Below are positions 40,500 to 53,074 of a stretch of 64,000 nucleotides of DNA, one piece after another. Position 1 is the first letter of the stretch. Each line of letters begins with the position of its first letter. The translations under genes were made by a program, and so were the position numbers. This stretch comes from Octopus vulgaris (Eukaryota), in the NCBI GenBank assembly GCA_951406725.2, contig OX597830.1:60016001-60080000 (forward strand). Direction: 5' to 3'. The notes below the pieces were generated by a model. That model worked only from the letters and a program-made list of their open reading frames with translations. It had not been told where the DNA came from and ran no database searches.

Positions 40500-41100
40500 A
40501 TGCTCAAATGAAAAAGGACAGTTCCTGTGAGAAGCAACACATTTTGTTTAAAAATCTAAATTGACAATGTCCATTGTACTTGAAATATTATTAGACTGCG
40601 TATGTGAAGTTGCAGTGATGTGTTCTATGACACTGGAAGGTTACAGGACTGAAGGGGCAATTGACTGGTTTTATCTTTGTTGCGATATTTGTTTCACAGG
40701 AGTCTTACGAAACCGAATATTATTCGGTGATTGTAACAACTGAGCTCAAATTGATGAAAGCTTAATTCTCAAGCGCAAAAATCATTTTGGCAGCGTCCTT
40801 AGACAATTTTGGATCCTTAAATTTTAGATAACAACAAAAAGTTTATCCCCAGCATGTGAGTAATTGCACCGCAGTGACCTTAGGAACTTCGATTATTGAT
40901 ACACCACACGATAAGTGCCAAAGTTATAAGCTGCCCAAACTTTCTAATATCCATGGAATTACAAATTATTCCAATTATTTTGTGGTTCCTGCCACTCATG
41001 ATTGCTTTCGATATTCCTTGGCAATCTATCACATTTCTATTTTTCGTAATATTGAAACTTTCTTAGGATCAATTAGTAACATAAATATAATGCTTTGATA
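40500..41100 (+). mobile_element. Merlin (IS1016/ISXO2-like) DDE transposase relic
   Basis: AIDWFYLCCDIC, QIDESLILKRKNHFGSVLRQFWI, GTSII...D..QSY, NYSNYFVVPAT. Confidence 0.72.
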
Positions 41101-41422
41101 TTGAAGCAGGACATCAGCAATATTTTTACATCTGGCTTCAATAATTTGTATTTTTTGCATAAATATATTTCGAAATTGTTTATTATTTTTTTCAATAACA
41201 AAAGTCAACAATTTCTAACTAACGAGTTTTTGATAATATTTTAGAAAAAATAGTTTTACATATTTGTGATGAATATCTTCGAAGATATATACTATTGCTA
41301 ATTCAAATACAAAAAAACAAAAACAGGGTCAAATATGAAAACAATGTGGGTGTAAGGTCCTGAAATTTTTATTTCTAATATTTTTCTCAGTCGTGTTTGG
41401 ATAATGTATCGGCATTATAAAA

Positions 41423-42058
41423 TCAAACTGCTGACAAACGGCATAAGCACCACCCAGAGGCTGTAAGTGAGGGAGAAAATGTAACTATTCTCTGGGACTT
41501 CTCAGTATGTACAGACCGGGCAATCAAGGCAAATAAACCTGATTTTACTATGAAAGACAAAAGCAATAACGTCTGTTTATTGATTGACGTGAGCACACAC
41601 TGTGACCATAATATCTCGGCAAAAGAATTTGATAAGCTCAGAAAATATAAGGATCTGCTAATCTGAATCGAAAATATGTGGGATTTCAAGACAGTTACAA
41701 TACCAGTGATTGATTGTAGGAGCACTTGGAATGATCAAAAAAGTAACTGAAAATGTTCCCTGGTTTACCATCCATGCAGGAAGTGCAAAAGGTTGTTTTG
41801 ACTGGTACATCACACGTATTGAGAAGAGTATTGTCGCTGTCAATTTTCTTCCCTTTTCCTCCCTTTATTTTATTTATTTACTTTTCTATTTTTTATTTTT
41901 TTTCTTTGTCTTCTCCCTTTTCTCTATCACATAACTCTGTAAATGAATAATCTGGTGTGCTTGTTTTAATGGCCTACCAATGTATACAGTACGTTTCTCT
42001 GCCATAGGCGTCAGGAATACATTCGGCAAGAAATGGAAATACAATTGAAAGAAAATTC
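41423..42058 (+). mobile_element. R4/Dong LINE 3' fragment (RLE domain, 3' UTR) with (TAA/TGA)n tail
   Basis: VTILWDFSV.TDRAIKANKPD, LIDVS, KLRKYKDL, IVGALG, VLTGTSHVLRR; tail 42059-42275. Confidence 0.92.
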
Positions 42059-42093
42059 TAATAATAATAATAATGATAATAATAATAATAATA

Positions 42094-42146
<53 letters not shown>

Positions 42147-42210
42147 AATAATAATAATAATGATAATAATAATAATAATAATAATTATGATGATGATGAT
42201 GATGATGATG

Positions 42211-42275
<65 letters not shown>

Positions 42276-42642
42276 TTCGACGTATTTAATCAACATATTT
42301 CATCGACCCCGAAAGGATCAAAGGCAATGCTAACCTCAGTGGAATTTGAACTCAAGACCGTAAAAACAGACGAAACATCGCTAAGCATTTTGTCCGATGG
42401 TTCTGCCAGCTCGCCGCCTTAATTTATATATTAATATCCTAAGGCCGAATGCGTTACGCTGACATATGGTTAGTTGAAGGGAGGATCAAACGCGAGAGAT
42501 AAAGAGGAAGAGTGAAGTACTAACGAGGAAAGTAATATTTATTATGTGGTTAAAAAGTTGAAGGGAGTGATAAAGAGAAAGTGAGTTAGAAATACATTGC
42601 TTGGTACAGGGCTGATGTTCTGGTGGTGATGTTAAAGAAATG

Positions 42643-42693
<51 letters not shown>

Positions 42694-42779
42694 GAGGTTA
42701 CATTATGAGTGAGAGGCAAATAAAGTGAGAGCAGCGACGCTATGTCAGTCGATGCATTACGCGGTCAAGTGGATAGTAG

Positions 42780-43008
42780 AAGAAAATTAGTAGAGGTGAT
42801 GCAACAACTGGGAGTACTATTTCACAGTTGAAAAGTCTGTAAATTAAAAATTCGTTTCAAATTTTGACACAAGGCCAGCAATTCTGGGACGGGAGGTAAG
42901 TCAATTATATTGACTCCAGTGCTTAACGGGCACTTATTTTATTGACCCTGAAAGAATGAACAGCAAAGTCAACCCCAGAAGAATTCCAACTCCGAAGGTA
43001 GAGACGAA
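42780..43008. repeat. Left arm of a 229-bp inverted duplication (partner 46869-47097)
   Basis: About 3 mismatches; includes non-SINE flank. Confidence 0.92.
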
Positions 43009-43499
43009 GAGAAACAGCAATGATAACCACTTGAAGAGGGGAATTACATGGTTAAAACGTTTGTTGAAGTTAAAGATAGAGAGAAAACGAAGAGATAGAA
43101 ATATAAAGTGTTTAGCAGAGGGAAATTCTAAACATCACATATTGTTGTGACTGACAAGAGAATAACATTTGAATACTAAATTTTTTTTTGTATCTCCTAT
43201 CTGTCGATCTATTTATCTATCTATCCACATTGACAAAAACATCGCTGCGTGGTCGGCGGAAAGAATATATGGGATATAATAATAACATTATCATAGAGAG
43301 GTAGATTTTTCAATGAAAGTGAAATAACTTAGCAAAATAGCCGTTGATGCTATTTTTTTTTTTTTTATATTTGTTATTCGAACTTTGTTTTGTCAGACTA
43401 GATAGAAACATCGACAACAAGAAAAGTAGATTCGAAGAAATATTTGAACTGAACTGAATTGAAAATAATCTTGTTTAGGAAGCAACGAAGACTGAGCTA

Positions 43500-43716
43500 T
43501 AATGGCGGTGGTGATGATTATGGTGGTGGTGGTGATGATGATGGTGGTGGTGGTGGTGGTGGTGGTGGTGATGATGGTGGTGGTGACGGTGGTGACGATG
43601 ATGGTGGTGGTGGTGGTGGTGGTGGTGGTGGTGGTGGTGGCGGTGGTGGTGACGGTGGTGGTGGTGGTGGTGGTGATGATGATGGTGGTGGAGGTGGTGG
43701 AGGTGGCTGTGGTGTG
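43500..43716. repeat. (GGT)n array
   Basis: Direct. Confidence 0.95.
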
Positions 43717-43839
43717 TAGAGAGTGAAAAGTGTAGTCTCTTCTATTGAACTAGATTTTTTTATATTGCCCATCACTTAACGCATGCGCATAAGTGCAATT
43801 TTTTCTCGTTAGCTCGCTTGAAAATTGATATTTGTTAGT

Positions 43840-44532
43840 AAAATATGGATAACAGACGATGTACGCTAGCAAGAGAAAAAATGAAACGGTACAGGCAACG
43901 ACATAAAGAGAAGCAGAGGGTCGAATGAGTAGAACGGGAATCAGCAGCGTAGAAGAGAAAATGTGAATCCAAGAGAATGTAGAATACAGATAAGAGAACA
44001 TGTTCAAGAAAAAATAAGGCCAGCACTTTCAAATGAGGCGGTAAGTCGATTGTATCGGTTCCAGTGCTCAACTGGTACTTATTTTATCGACGCCAAAAGA
44101 TTGAAAAGGCAAGTTGACGTCGATGAAATTTGAGCTCAGAACATAAAGACGGATGAAATGCTGCTACGCATTTTATCTGGCTTGCTAACCATTCTGCCAG
44201 CTCGCCGCCTTAATAATAATAATAAGTGAGAAAGCCAAACGAAAAAAAAAAATAACTGTAAACAGATGGTTTGAAAGTTACAACATTGGTGACATGGATA
44301 TTCTCTGTGATCATTGTGAAATTCTTCGGTTTATAAACAATCCTTTGAACTGCTGAGAGAATAGAAAAGTCATACTCCCTCAATTACAGCATTATCCAGA
44401 ACTGAAAGGATTTTTAAATGAAAATAATGCAGAATATACAATTTCAAAAGAAACACTAATAATTATGGTTCTATAGAAACTTACAACGATATAAAAAAAT
44501 TCGTACCGTGGAATTGCCACGGGTACTGCTAA
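43840..44532 (+). mobile_element. Helitron relic (N-terminal coding remnant and 3' terminus), may extend 5' to ~42425
   Basis: IGDMDILCDHC..LRF....NC*ENRKVILPQL (Helitron C..C/CC..GKV.LP motif); 3' hairpin ccgtgg-aattg-ccacgg (44506-22) then CTAA|T; SINE inserted 44016-44210. Confidence 0.72.
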
Positions 44533-44549
44533 TAATAATAATCATAAAA

Positions 44550-44751
44550 ATGGGTTCAAATTATGGTACGAGGCCAGCACTTTCAAGTGAGACGGTAAAT
44601 CTATTGTATTGGTCCCTGTGCTCAACCGGTACTTATTTTATCGACCTCGAAAGATTGAAAAGCCAAGTCGACGTCGGCGAAATTTGAGCTCAGACCGTAA
44701 AGACGGCTTGCTAACCATCTGGCTTGCTAACCATTTTACCAGCTCACCGCC

Positions 44752-44752
<1 letters not shown>
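44550..44752 (-). mobile_element. SINE family A
   Basis: Family core; (TAA)n adjacent. Confidence 0.8.
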
Positions 44753-44825
<73 letters not shown>

Positions 44826-45364
44826 CATAATTTCTTATGTGACAAAAAGACCAAGGCTTTGCAGATAAGACGTATTTAAGCAGATAAGACGTTTTTTATT
44901 AATTCCTGAAGGACTAAAAATTTTATCTCAGAAAAATTTGAATCCAGAACGCAAGGAACGTGACTAAATATCACGAGCTTTTCCCCCAGTACCCTTCCGA
45001 ATATGCTATAGCTACAACAAGAATTTCTAACATAAGCACTACGCAAGAAATTTTGTCCAAAGGGTTTGGCGATAACCATTACTGGATACAAATTTGGTCC
45101 TGATTCAGAATATAAAGAACCACACACTGCATTGTTTCACTCTAACGATTCTAGATCCTGACTTAGATACAAGTCCAGTAATCTAAAGGGGCGGGAGTTA
45201 ATCGATAATACCATCGACCCCCAGTACTTAACAGATATTTTATCTTATCGATCTTGAAAGCATGAAAAGCAAAGTTGATCTCCACGAGATTTGAATTCAC
45301 AAAGCAAGGATTTAGAAGTAATACAGCAAAACGTTTTTGCCGACATTGTAACGCTCCTGCCATA

Positions 45365-45450
<86 letters not shown>

Positions 45451-45639
45451 TTAATGATAATAACATTTCAAACGAAAACAACAAGCAAGAGAATAACGTA
45501 AAAAAATACAGAAAAACATTAGCATTAAACAAAGAAAACAAATAACTCTGGAAATAGAAAACGCTTTTTTTTCTATCCATATTTCATCCTGTTACTATTC
45601 ACAGTTGCTTGACATATTGTGGACCGTCTGCTTAGTGAA

Positions 45640-45730
45640 TTAAGTAAAGGACTGCGGTCGCCATCTTCAATACACGTCGTCTGCTTCTCACAATAGTCGA
45701 CATTAGCTTAATAGAATTACACACGTCATA
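45640..45730. promoter_or_regulatory. YY1-type site CGCCATCTT in a CpG-containing single-copy patch
   Basis: 45659-45667; TACACGTC twice nearby. Confidence 0.35.
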
Positions 45731-45834
45731 TGTTGTCTTTTCTGATGTATTTATTCAAAAACATTCACAAACACATACACCGTTGATCGTTATCATTTGT
45801 CATTACACACACACACACACACACATACACACAC

Positions 45835-45871
<37 letters not shown>

Positions 45872-45890
45872 TACACATTCAAATATGATT

Positions 45891-45933
<43 letters not shown>

Positions 45934-46121
45934 TAGATATAGATATATTATAGATATATATGTACAAGCGTGTATGCTGTGTGTATGTTTATATACATAT
46001 ACTTACATGCATATACACACGTACATGCATATGTCTGTGTGTCTGTGTGTTTGTGTAATATACATACATACATATATACATTATGAATTATACATAGAGT
46101 AGATACATCAATAAATATATA

Positions 46122-46156
<35 letters not shown>

Positions 46157-46170
46157 CTTACATACATACA

Positions 46171-46222
<52 letters not shown>

Positions 46223-46260
46223 CATGCAGATACATATATATATATCACCATTTACTGACT

Positions 46261-46361
<101 letters not shown>

Positions 46362-46811
46362 GTATGTATGTATGTATATAAGTAATTTATTCTTATAGGG
46401 TATGCAGCGGTGTGCACCGGTTTTTTTAAAATTTGTTTTTGAAGAATATATTTAAAGACTTTAGGAAATGCATACTAATGCTTGAATGTCTTGGAAAACG
46501 TGTTATCCATAATGATGTTAAGCACAAGTAGTTTGATTTACGGTACAAGGTAAGTAGTTTGTAGACGTAGATTTTTACTTCAAAGTCGTTAGTCCGGCAG
46601 GAATATTTTGCTTTTGTTCTTTAGCACGTCGTGAAGACAGACGTATTGGGGCGCTCTGATAATAGCTATCTATGTGTGTGCGTTTTGTGTGTGTGTGTGT
46701 GCGTGTGTGTGTGTGTCTGTACGTGTGTATGTGTGAGAGAGAGTGAGAGAGAGATTCCAAAAAGAAACCGATCAATATAAATCTTAAATTTAACATTCTA
46801 TTCACAATTCC

Positions 46812-47030
46812 AGGTAGTAAGCTGACAGAACCATTAACATGCCGGGCAAAATGCTTAGCGGCATTTCGTTCGTCTCTACCTTCTGAGTTGGAATTCTTCT
46901 GGGGTTGACTTTGCTGTTCATTCTTTCAGGGTCAATAAAATAAGTGCCCGTTAAGCACTGGAGTCAATATAATCGACTTACCTCCCGTCCCAGAATTGCT
47001 GGCCTTGTGTCAAAATTTGAAACGAATTTT
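46812..47030 (+). mobile_element. SINE family A (source side of the inverted duplication)
   Basis: Retains the SINE head missing from the 42850-43008 copy. Confidence 0.85.
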
Positions 47031-47769
47031 TAATTTACAGACTTTTCAACTGTGAAATAGTACTCCCAGTTGTTGCATCACCTCTACTCATTTTCTTTTT
47101 CATAATTAATGCACAGTTCATGTAACGAAATTTCTTAAATCTTTCCTGTCGTCTATAATCAGTGACCTTCCGGGGTGGTTTTCCAATTTGGAAACCAGGA
47201 ACTGCAGTGGCTGAGTGATAAATGTCGACTCCTACATTTCTAAAGCATCGCAGACATGATATGACGCCCCGTGTAGGTGTTAAAACAGCCAGGTTTTGTA
47301 TATCCTCAGGCTTCTTCGGGCTTTCTCTAAAACAATTCAGAATAATCAAGACTCTTTATTGATTTTGTGTCCACGTGGATTAAATTCGTTACGAACGATG
47401 CGCATCTATTGGAATTATATCACCATCATCTTCACACACTGACGTATTTTTTTCTTATTTTTTATCTATTGCGACGACGATAATCTAAACTACTGCAAAG
47501 ATTGCTTTCTTATTTCAACAGAGTCGACGTACAGACACATTTGTTACTTCTCAAGGCAATTTTCAGAAAGTGGTAATCGATTTTAATGATCAAACAGTTC
47601 CTGACTGACCCTGATTCAGTTCCTTTTTTGCAAATCTGTTTGTAGACACGACACAATATTAAGAAAGAAAATGATCTACGAAAAGCAAAGGTATACTTCA
47701 TAAGTGTTCAAAATCCAAAACTAAATCGGAAATAGCCAACATCACTGCTAAAGACGATTGCCACTATAC

Positions 47770-48223
47770 AGATTACCCCTTAAAAGGTGCGTTTCAGAAG
47801 CGTCCCCAAAGTCCATCCCCTCCTCACCGTGGTGGGGACGCTGGCAACGGGTAGTGTCAGAGCTATGCCGTCGGGAACTTCGGTTCCTGGTAGGGCCACC
47901 CAAAGCGGATTGGTCTGACACCGAGTGGTATTAGGGCCACAACCCGGCAGACGGGGCTCTGGTGAAAATCCTCGGAGTGTCTGTTTCGGCAACCGGCGGC
48001 TCCTCGGTCGTTCTGTCCCTGCGTCTGCGGACAATCTGCGGCAAACAGGATGTCTCTACATGCGGGATTGTTGCGGACCGCTTGTGAAATTCACATATTC
48101 CCACGAAACTTCTTCTAAGGAAGAAGCCGACTCAACCCGCCCAGGGTGAATGTCGCCACAAGTACAAGTAGTTTCAAAAGCAGTATACAGCGAAAGCGAT
48201 TACACGGTACGAACACTTTTTTT
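47770..48223 (+). ncRNA. Unidentified, highly structured GC-rich ncRNA candidate
   Basis: Multiple stems, cUUCGg tetraloop at 47878-83, G-U pairs favour + strand, terminal hairpin + ACA (48158-60), T7 at 48217-23; family not recognised. Confidence 0.55.
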
Positions 48224-48539
48224 CCAAATGATTTAGATCTTTCTGTTCGTTTATAAGGTATAATGTAATTAAAGATTTTTAATTAAAGGGAAGATTTCTT
48301 CAAATATTGACTGTATTGAGAGTTCTTACTAAAAACTTCCCATTCTCTCTCTCTCTCTCTCTCAATCTATTTATCTATCTGTATACATATGCTCATATGT
48401 ATGTATGTATGTATGTAAGTATGTATGTAATGTATGTATGTATGTATGTATGTATGTATGTATGTATGTATGTATGTATGTATGTATGTATTATGTATGT
48501 ATGTATGTATGCATGTATTTATGTGTAATATATATACAG

Positions 48540-48712
48540 GGGGAAAATTCACACAAAAAAAACAAAAGACGAAGAGACGTGGTGTAGAGAACAAACAGAT
48601 GTATTAGTATAACGCTCGGGAAGGGAAAAAGTGTTTAACGTTTCGAGCCTACGCTCTTCCACAGAAAGGAACACAGAAAGAAACAAGGAGAGAAAATAAA
48701 GAATGTGTAATG
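48540..48712 (-). mobile_element. Penelope-like LTR fragment with minimal hammerhead-like motif
   Basis: CTGTGGAAGAGC-GTAG-GCTCGAAACGTT at 48637-64; homologous copy 53075-53265. Confidence 0.6.
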
Positions 48713-48769
48713 GCTATCTATCTATTTTTATTTTTTATTTTACTTTATTTATTTATTTTTTTCATTTCT

Positions 48770-48905
48770 TCCCTTTTACGATCCCTCTTGATCGAAAACC
48801 TTTTTTTTGTTTCTTTTGTTTTTTGTTTTTTTCATCCCCAAAAGAAAAGCTCTACCTTGTAACTTGTCCCATCTGTGTGCAGCCCTGTGTGGCCAATAAA
48901 GAAAC
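48770..48905 (+). mobile_element. Tx1/L1-like 3' end followed by (TCTA)n
   Basis: ccctgtgtggccaataaagaaa. Confidence 0.5.
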
Positions 48906-48906
48906 T

Positions 48907-49004
<98 letters not shown>

Positions 49005-49006
49005 CT

Positions 49007-49040
<34 letters not shown>

Positions 49041-49779
49041 CTGTCTGTATGTATGTATGCATGTATGCATGTATGTATGTATGCATATATATATATTTAT
49101 AAATAAATGTATTTATGTATATATATATATATATGTTTATAGATCATACAAACAGTAGAAGAAAAAACAAAAACTGTTGGCGCATCTACTGTATGGAGGC
49201 CCGTGTTCTGGGAACAAACCAAAGACATAAGTATTGCTTGAAATATCAACTGAAAACAAAAATATATTTGTGTGGAAAGTTGGGAAATATTTGCTATCGA
49301 TAGGGCATCGTAGAGGAAAAAATGTAGAAAGTTGCCAAGCAATTTGAAGAGAATCGTATAAAATATACAAGATTAAAATGGGATGAGAGCAGAGGAGAGG
49401 AATCCCAATATATCGACAATTTATTAAACTGTTCAACTTGGAACTGAATCTGTTTATCGAAGGCTGGTGTTGTTAGTCATTCAATTAGATGTGAATCAAA
49501 GTAAGCTGATAATAATAAACCTTCACCCTCTGACGTATCATACGCCTAACCATCATGAAATAAATGGTATAGTTTTCTTGGGGCACCAGAAAGATCCACG
49601 TCTGTAGGCAATGTTGTTTCTCATTATTCTGCAGTGCATTTAACTGAGAAGAGACATTTATGATGCAGCTGGGGCAAATGCTACATATCACAGCTAAATT
49701 AAAAAGTGTCATCATCTTGCAGCTCATTAGCAATCAATGATAATACTCATTATTGAGTCGACTTTCACTAAGTATCCAA

Positions 49780-50400
<621 letters not shown>

Positions 50401-50717
50401 ATGTTAAAATAGTCATATAGATGAGTAGAGAGTTCGTTCACCCCAGATCACAAATGGATTCCTGATGAAACACAATGATTGTTTAATCGGTCACCGTCCG
50501 ACCCCCGCCTCGCGGCCCCGGACCCATCTTCTGTTCCTTTGTCATCGTCTTTTCATTGCATCTTACAATGACATATCTTTCTCCTCCAACCACGACGAAA
50601 GGTTTACAAATTATGTATCATCCCCGAATCAACAAACATGGCCTACAATTTCTACCTCCCTCTCTGCTTTACAATAAAGCAACTACGCACATACACACAC
50701 ACACACAAATACACACA

Positions 50718-50782
<65 letters not shown>

Positions 50783-50825
50783 ACACAAACACACACACAC
50801 ACACACAAATACACACACGCACGCA

Positions 50826-50861
<36 letters not shown>

Positions 50862-50953
50862 TCAATATAAATGCATCCAGAAATATTTTGTCATACACAT
50901 GCCTTCACTACGCTTACACACACACATACACACTCACACACTCACACACTCAC

Positions 50954-51002
<49 letters not shown>

Positions 51003-52058
51003 CATACATTCACACAAACACAGTTGCATCTATATACATAGCTACATATAGACACAAGGGAACTGGATATATATTATGACAAAAAGTGTGCCATCTCCTC
51101 TCACTCACCGGCTTTTTTTGCTTCCGCCCACGCATAAACGTGTCAGAAGTCCTTGAGGTCTCGGGGAGTTGAGTAATGATGGGGATGTTGAAGGTGGTGG
51201 TGGTGGTGGTCACTTACTAATACCTTAACACAGTTTGGTGTGAAAAGAAGAGGCAAGAATGACACCGTTTTGCCGTGTGCTTGTTACCAGCTGTACGTGG
51301 TGTGTGTCAATTGGGAGGGGTGTGCGTATCGGGGTTGGGAGTTGGGGGTCTTTATCTGTGTGTGTACGTGTGTGTGTGTGCATGTGTGTGTGTGTGCATC
51401 TGTGTGTGACTATTTGTGTATTTGTGTGTTTCTGAGTAAACATATATGTATACATATATTTTTGCATAGAGCGAACTGCATATTTCTCCCCCCCCCTCCC
51501 TCTCTCTCTTTCTATATATATATATATGTGTGTGTGTATGTGTGTGTACATGTGTGTATGTATATATATATGTATATATATATATATATATATACATATA
51601 TACAGATAGATAGATAGATAGATAGATAGATATAGATATATACATATATATATATAGATAGATAGATAGATAGATAGATAGCTATATACTTATACATATA
51701 TATATAAGTAATTAGTATGTGTATGTCTACAGTCATGCATATATGCATGTATGCACATATGTCCTTTATATTTTCACAACTAACTGCATCTTCCTCTCTT
51801 CTTCATCCCTGCCCATAAAACTGCATCCTCATCTGCTTTCTAACTTTTCTTCCCTTCCTTTCCACAACCCTCCTCTTTTTTCTTTCTTATTTTTTTTTTA
51901 TGATAAGGGACTCCATGTCCGAAACATCAAGGATCTTTTCATTTTGTTTTCCCTTTTTAGTCGTGAAACTAACAACACCTCCATGAAATACTGTTTCACT
52001 TGCCGTGTGCTTTCTTGTTTTTCTCCTTATTCGTCATATACCTGCGTGTGTATATATA

Positions 52059-52094
<36 letters not shown>

Positions 52095-52322
52095 TGTATG
52101 TATATTGAATTTATATGAAGTATGTGTTGTGAATGTATGTCTACCTGAATGAGTGTGTATGCTCCGCGTGTCTAAGATAAATGTTATCAATAACATTAAT
52201 GTCACTTTCTTTCATCCCGGCAGGTGTTTATGTTAGTCTAAAGTCTTCTTGCCTCTCCTATGTTAAATCCACCTCAGCTTTATTTTATGCAGAAAGCAGC
52301 CTTTGAGAAAATGTCTTATGTT

Positions 52323-52484
52323 ATGGCTGTGTGGTAAGTAGCTTGCTTACCAGCTACATGGTTCTGGGTTCAGTCCCACTGCGTGGCACTTTAGGCAAGT
52401 GTCTTCTACTACAGCCTTGGGCCAACGAAAGCCTTGTGAGTGGAGTTGGTAGACGGAAACTGAAAGAAGCCTGTCGTGTATATG

Positions 52485-52517
<33 letters not shown>

Positions 52518-52735
52518 TTGTGTGTGTGTGTGTTTGTCCCCCCGACATCGCTTGACAACCGATGGTGGTGTGTTTACGTCCCCGTAACTTAGCGGTTCGG
52601 CAAAAGAGACCGAGAGAATAAGTACTAGGCTTACAAAGAATAAGTCCTGGGGTCGATTTGCTCGACTAAAGGCGGTACTCCAGCATGGCCGCAGTCAAAT
52701 GACTGAAACAAGTAAAAGAGTAAAAGAGTAAAAGA
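52323..52735 (+). mobile_element. SINE family B, full length
   Basis: Near-identical to 29255-29650. Confidence 0.9.
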
Positions 52736-52773
52736 GATATATATATAACATAAGACATTTTTCGTAAACCTTC

Positions 52774-52827
<54 letters not shown>

Positions 52828-53074
52828 GACCTTTATATAAATAAATAACGTGAAATACACGAAGAGACGAACAAAAAGACAAACAAGTCATTCAAGCCTT
52901 CATTCTTCAGTCAGAAACTGATCCCTCATCGCAGATTTCGGCTGTTTAATTCTGAGATCCGCTCTGAATCAGTCAGCCACAGAAGGAAAGAATGAACAGA
53001 GACGAACAGGAAACGAAAAATCTTTTTTGGGGACAGTAACGATTAAAAACATGAATATATATATATATACACTA

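Noticed and set aside
47035-47349. 104-aa minus-strand ORF with a plausible acceptor
   Set aside because: No recognisable homology, no strong donor, runs into the duplicated flank
47799-47850. HDV-like ribozyme (…GUCCAU-CCC-CUCCUCAC…GGCAAC resemblance)
   Set aside because: No P2 partner or catalytic C-containing J4/2 downstream; P1 and P3 geometry does not fit
47780-48149. 84-aa (-) and 74-aa (+) ORFs over the GC island
   Set aside because: Non-ATG starts, no recognisable domain; expected by chance in GC-rich DNA
47786-48165. Assignment as 7SK, RNase P/MRP, SRP, U3 or U17/snR30
   Set aside because: No GAUC pair (7SK); no properly placed CR-I/CR-V P4 helix; no SRP helix 8 motif; no C/D boxes; a UAUUCC m1-like motif at ~48095 is present but m2 (AAACCA) and an H box are missing
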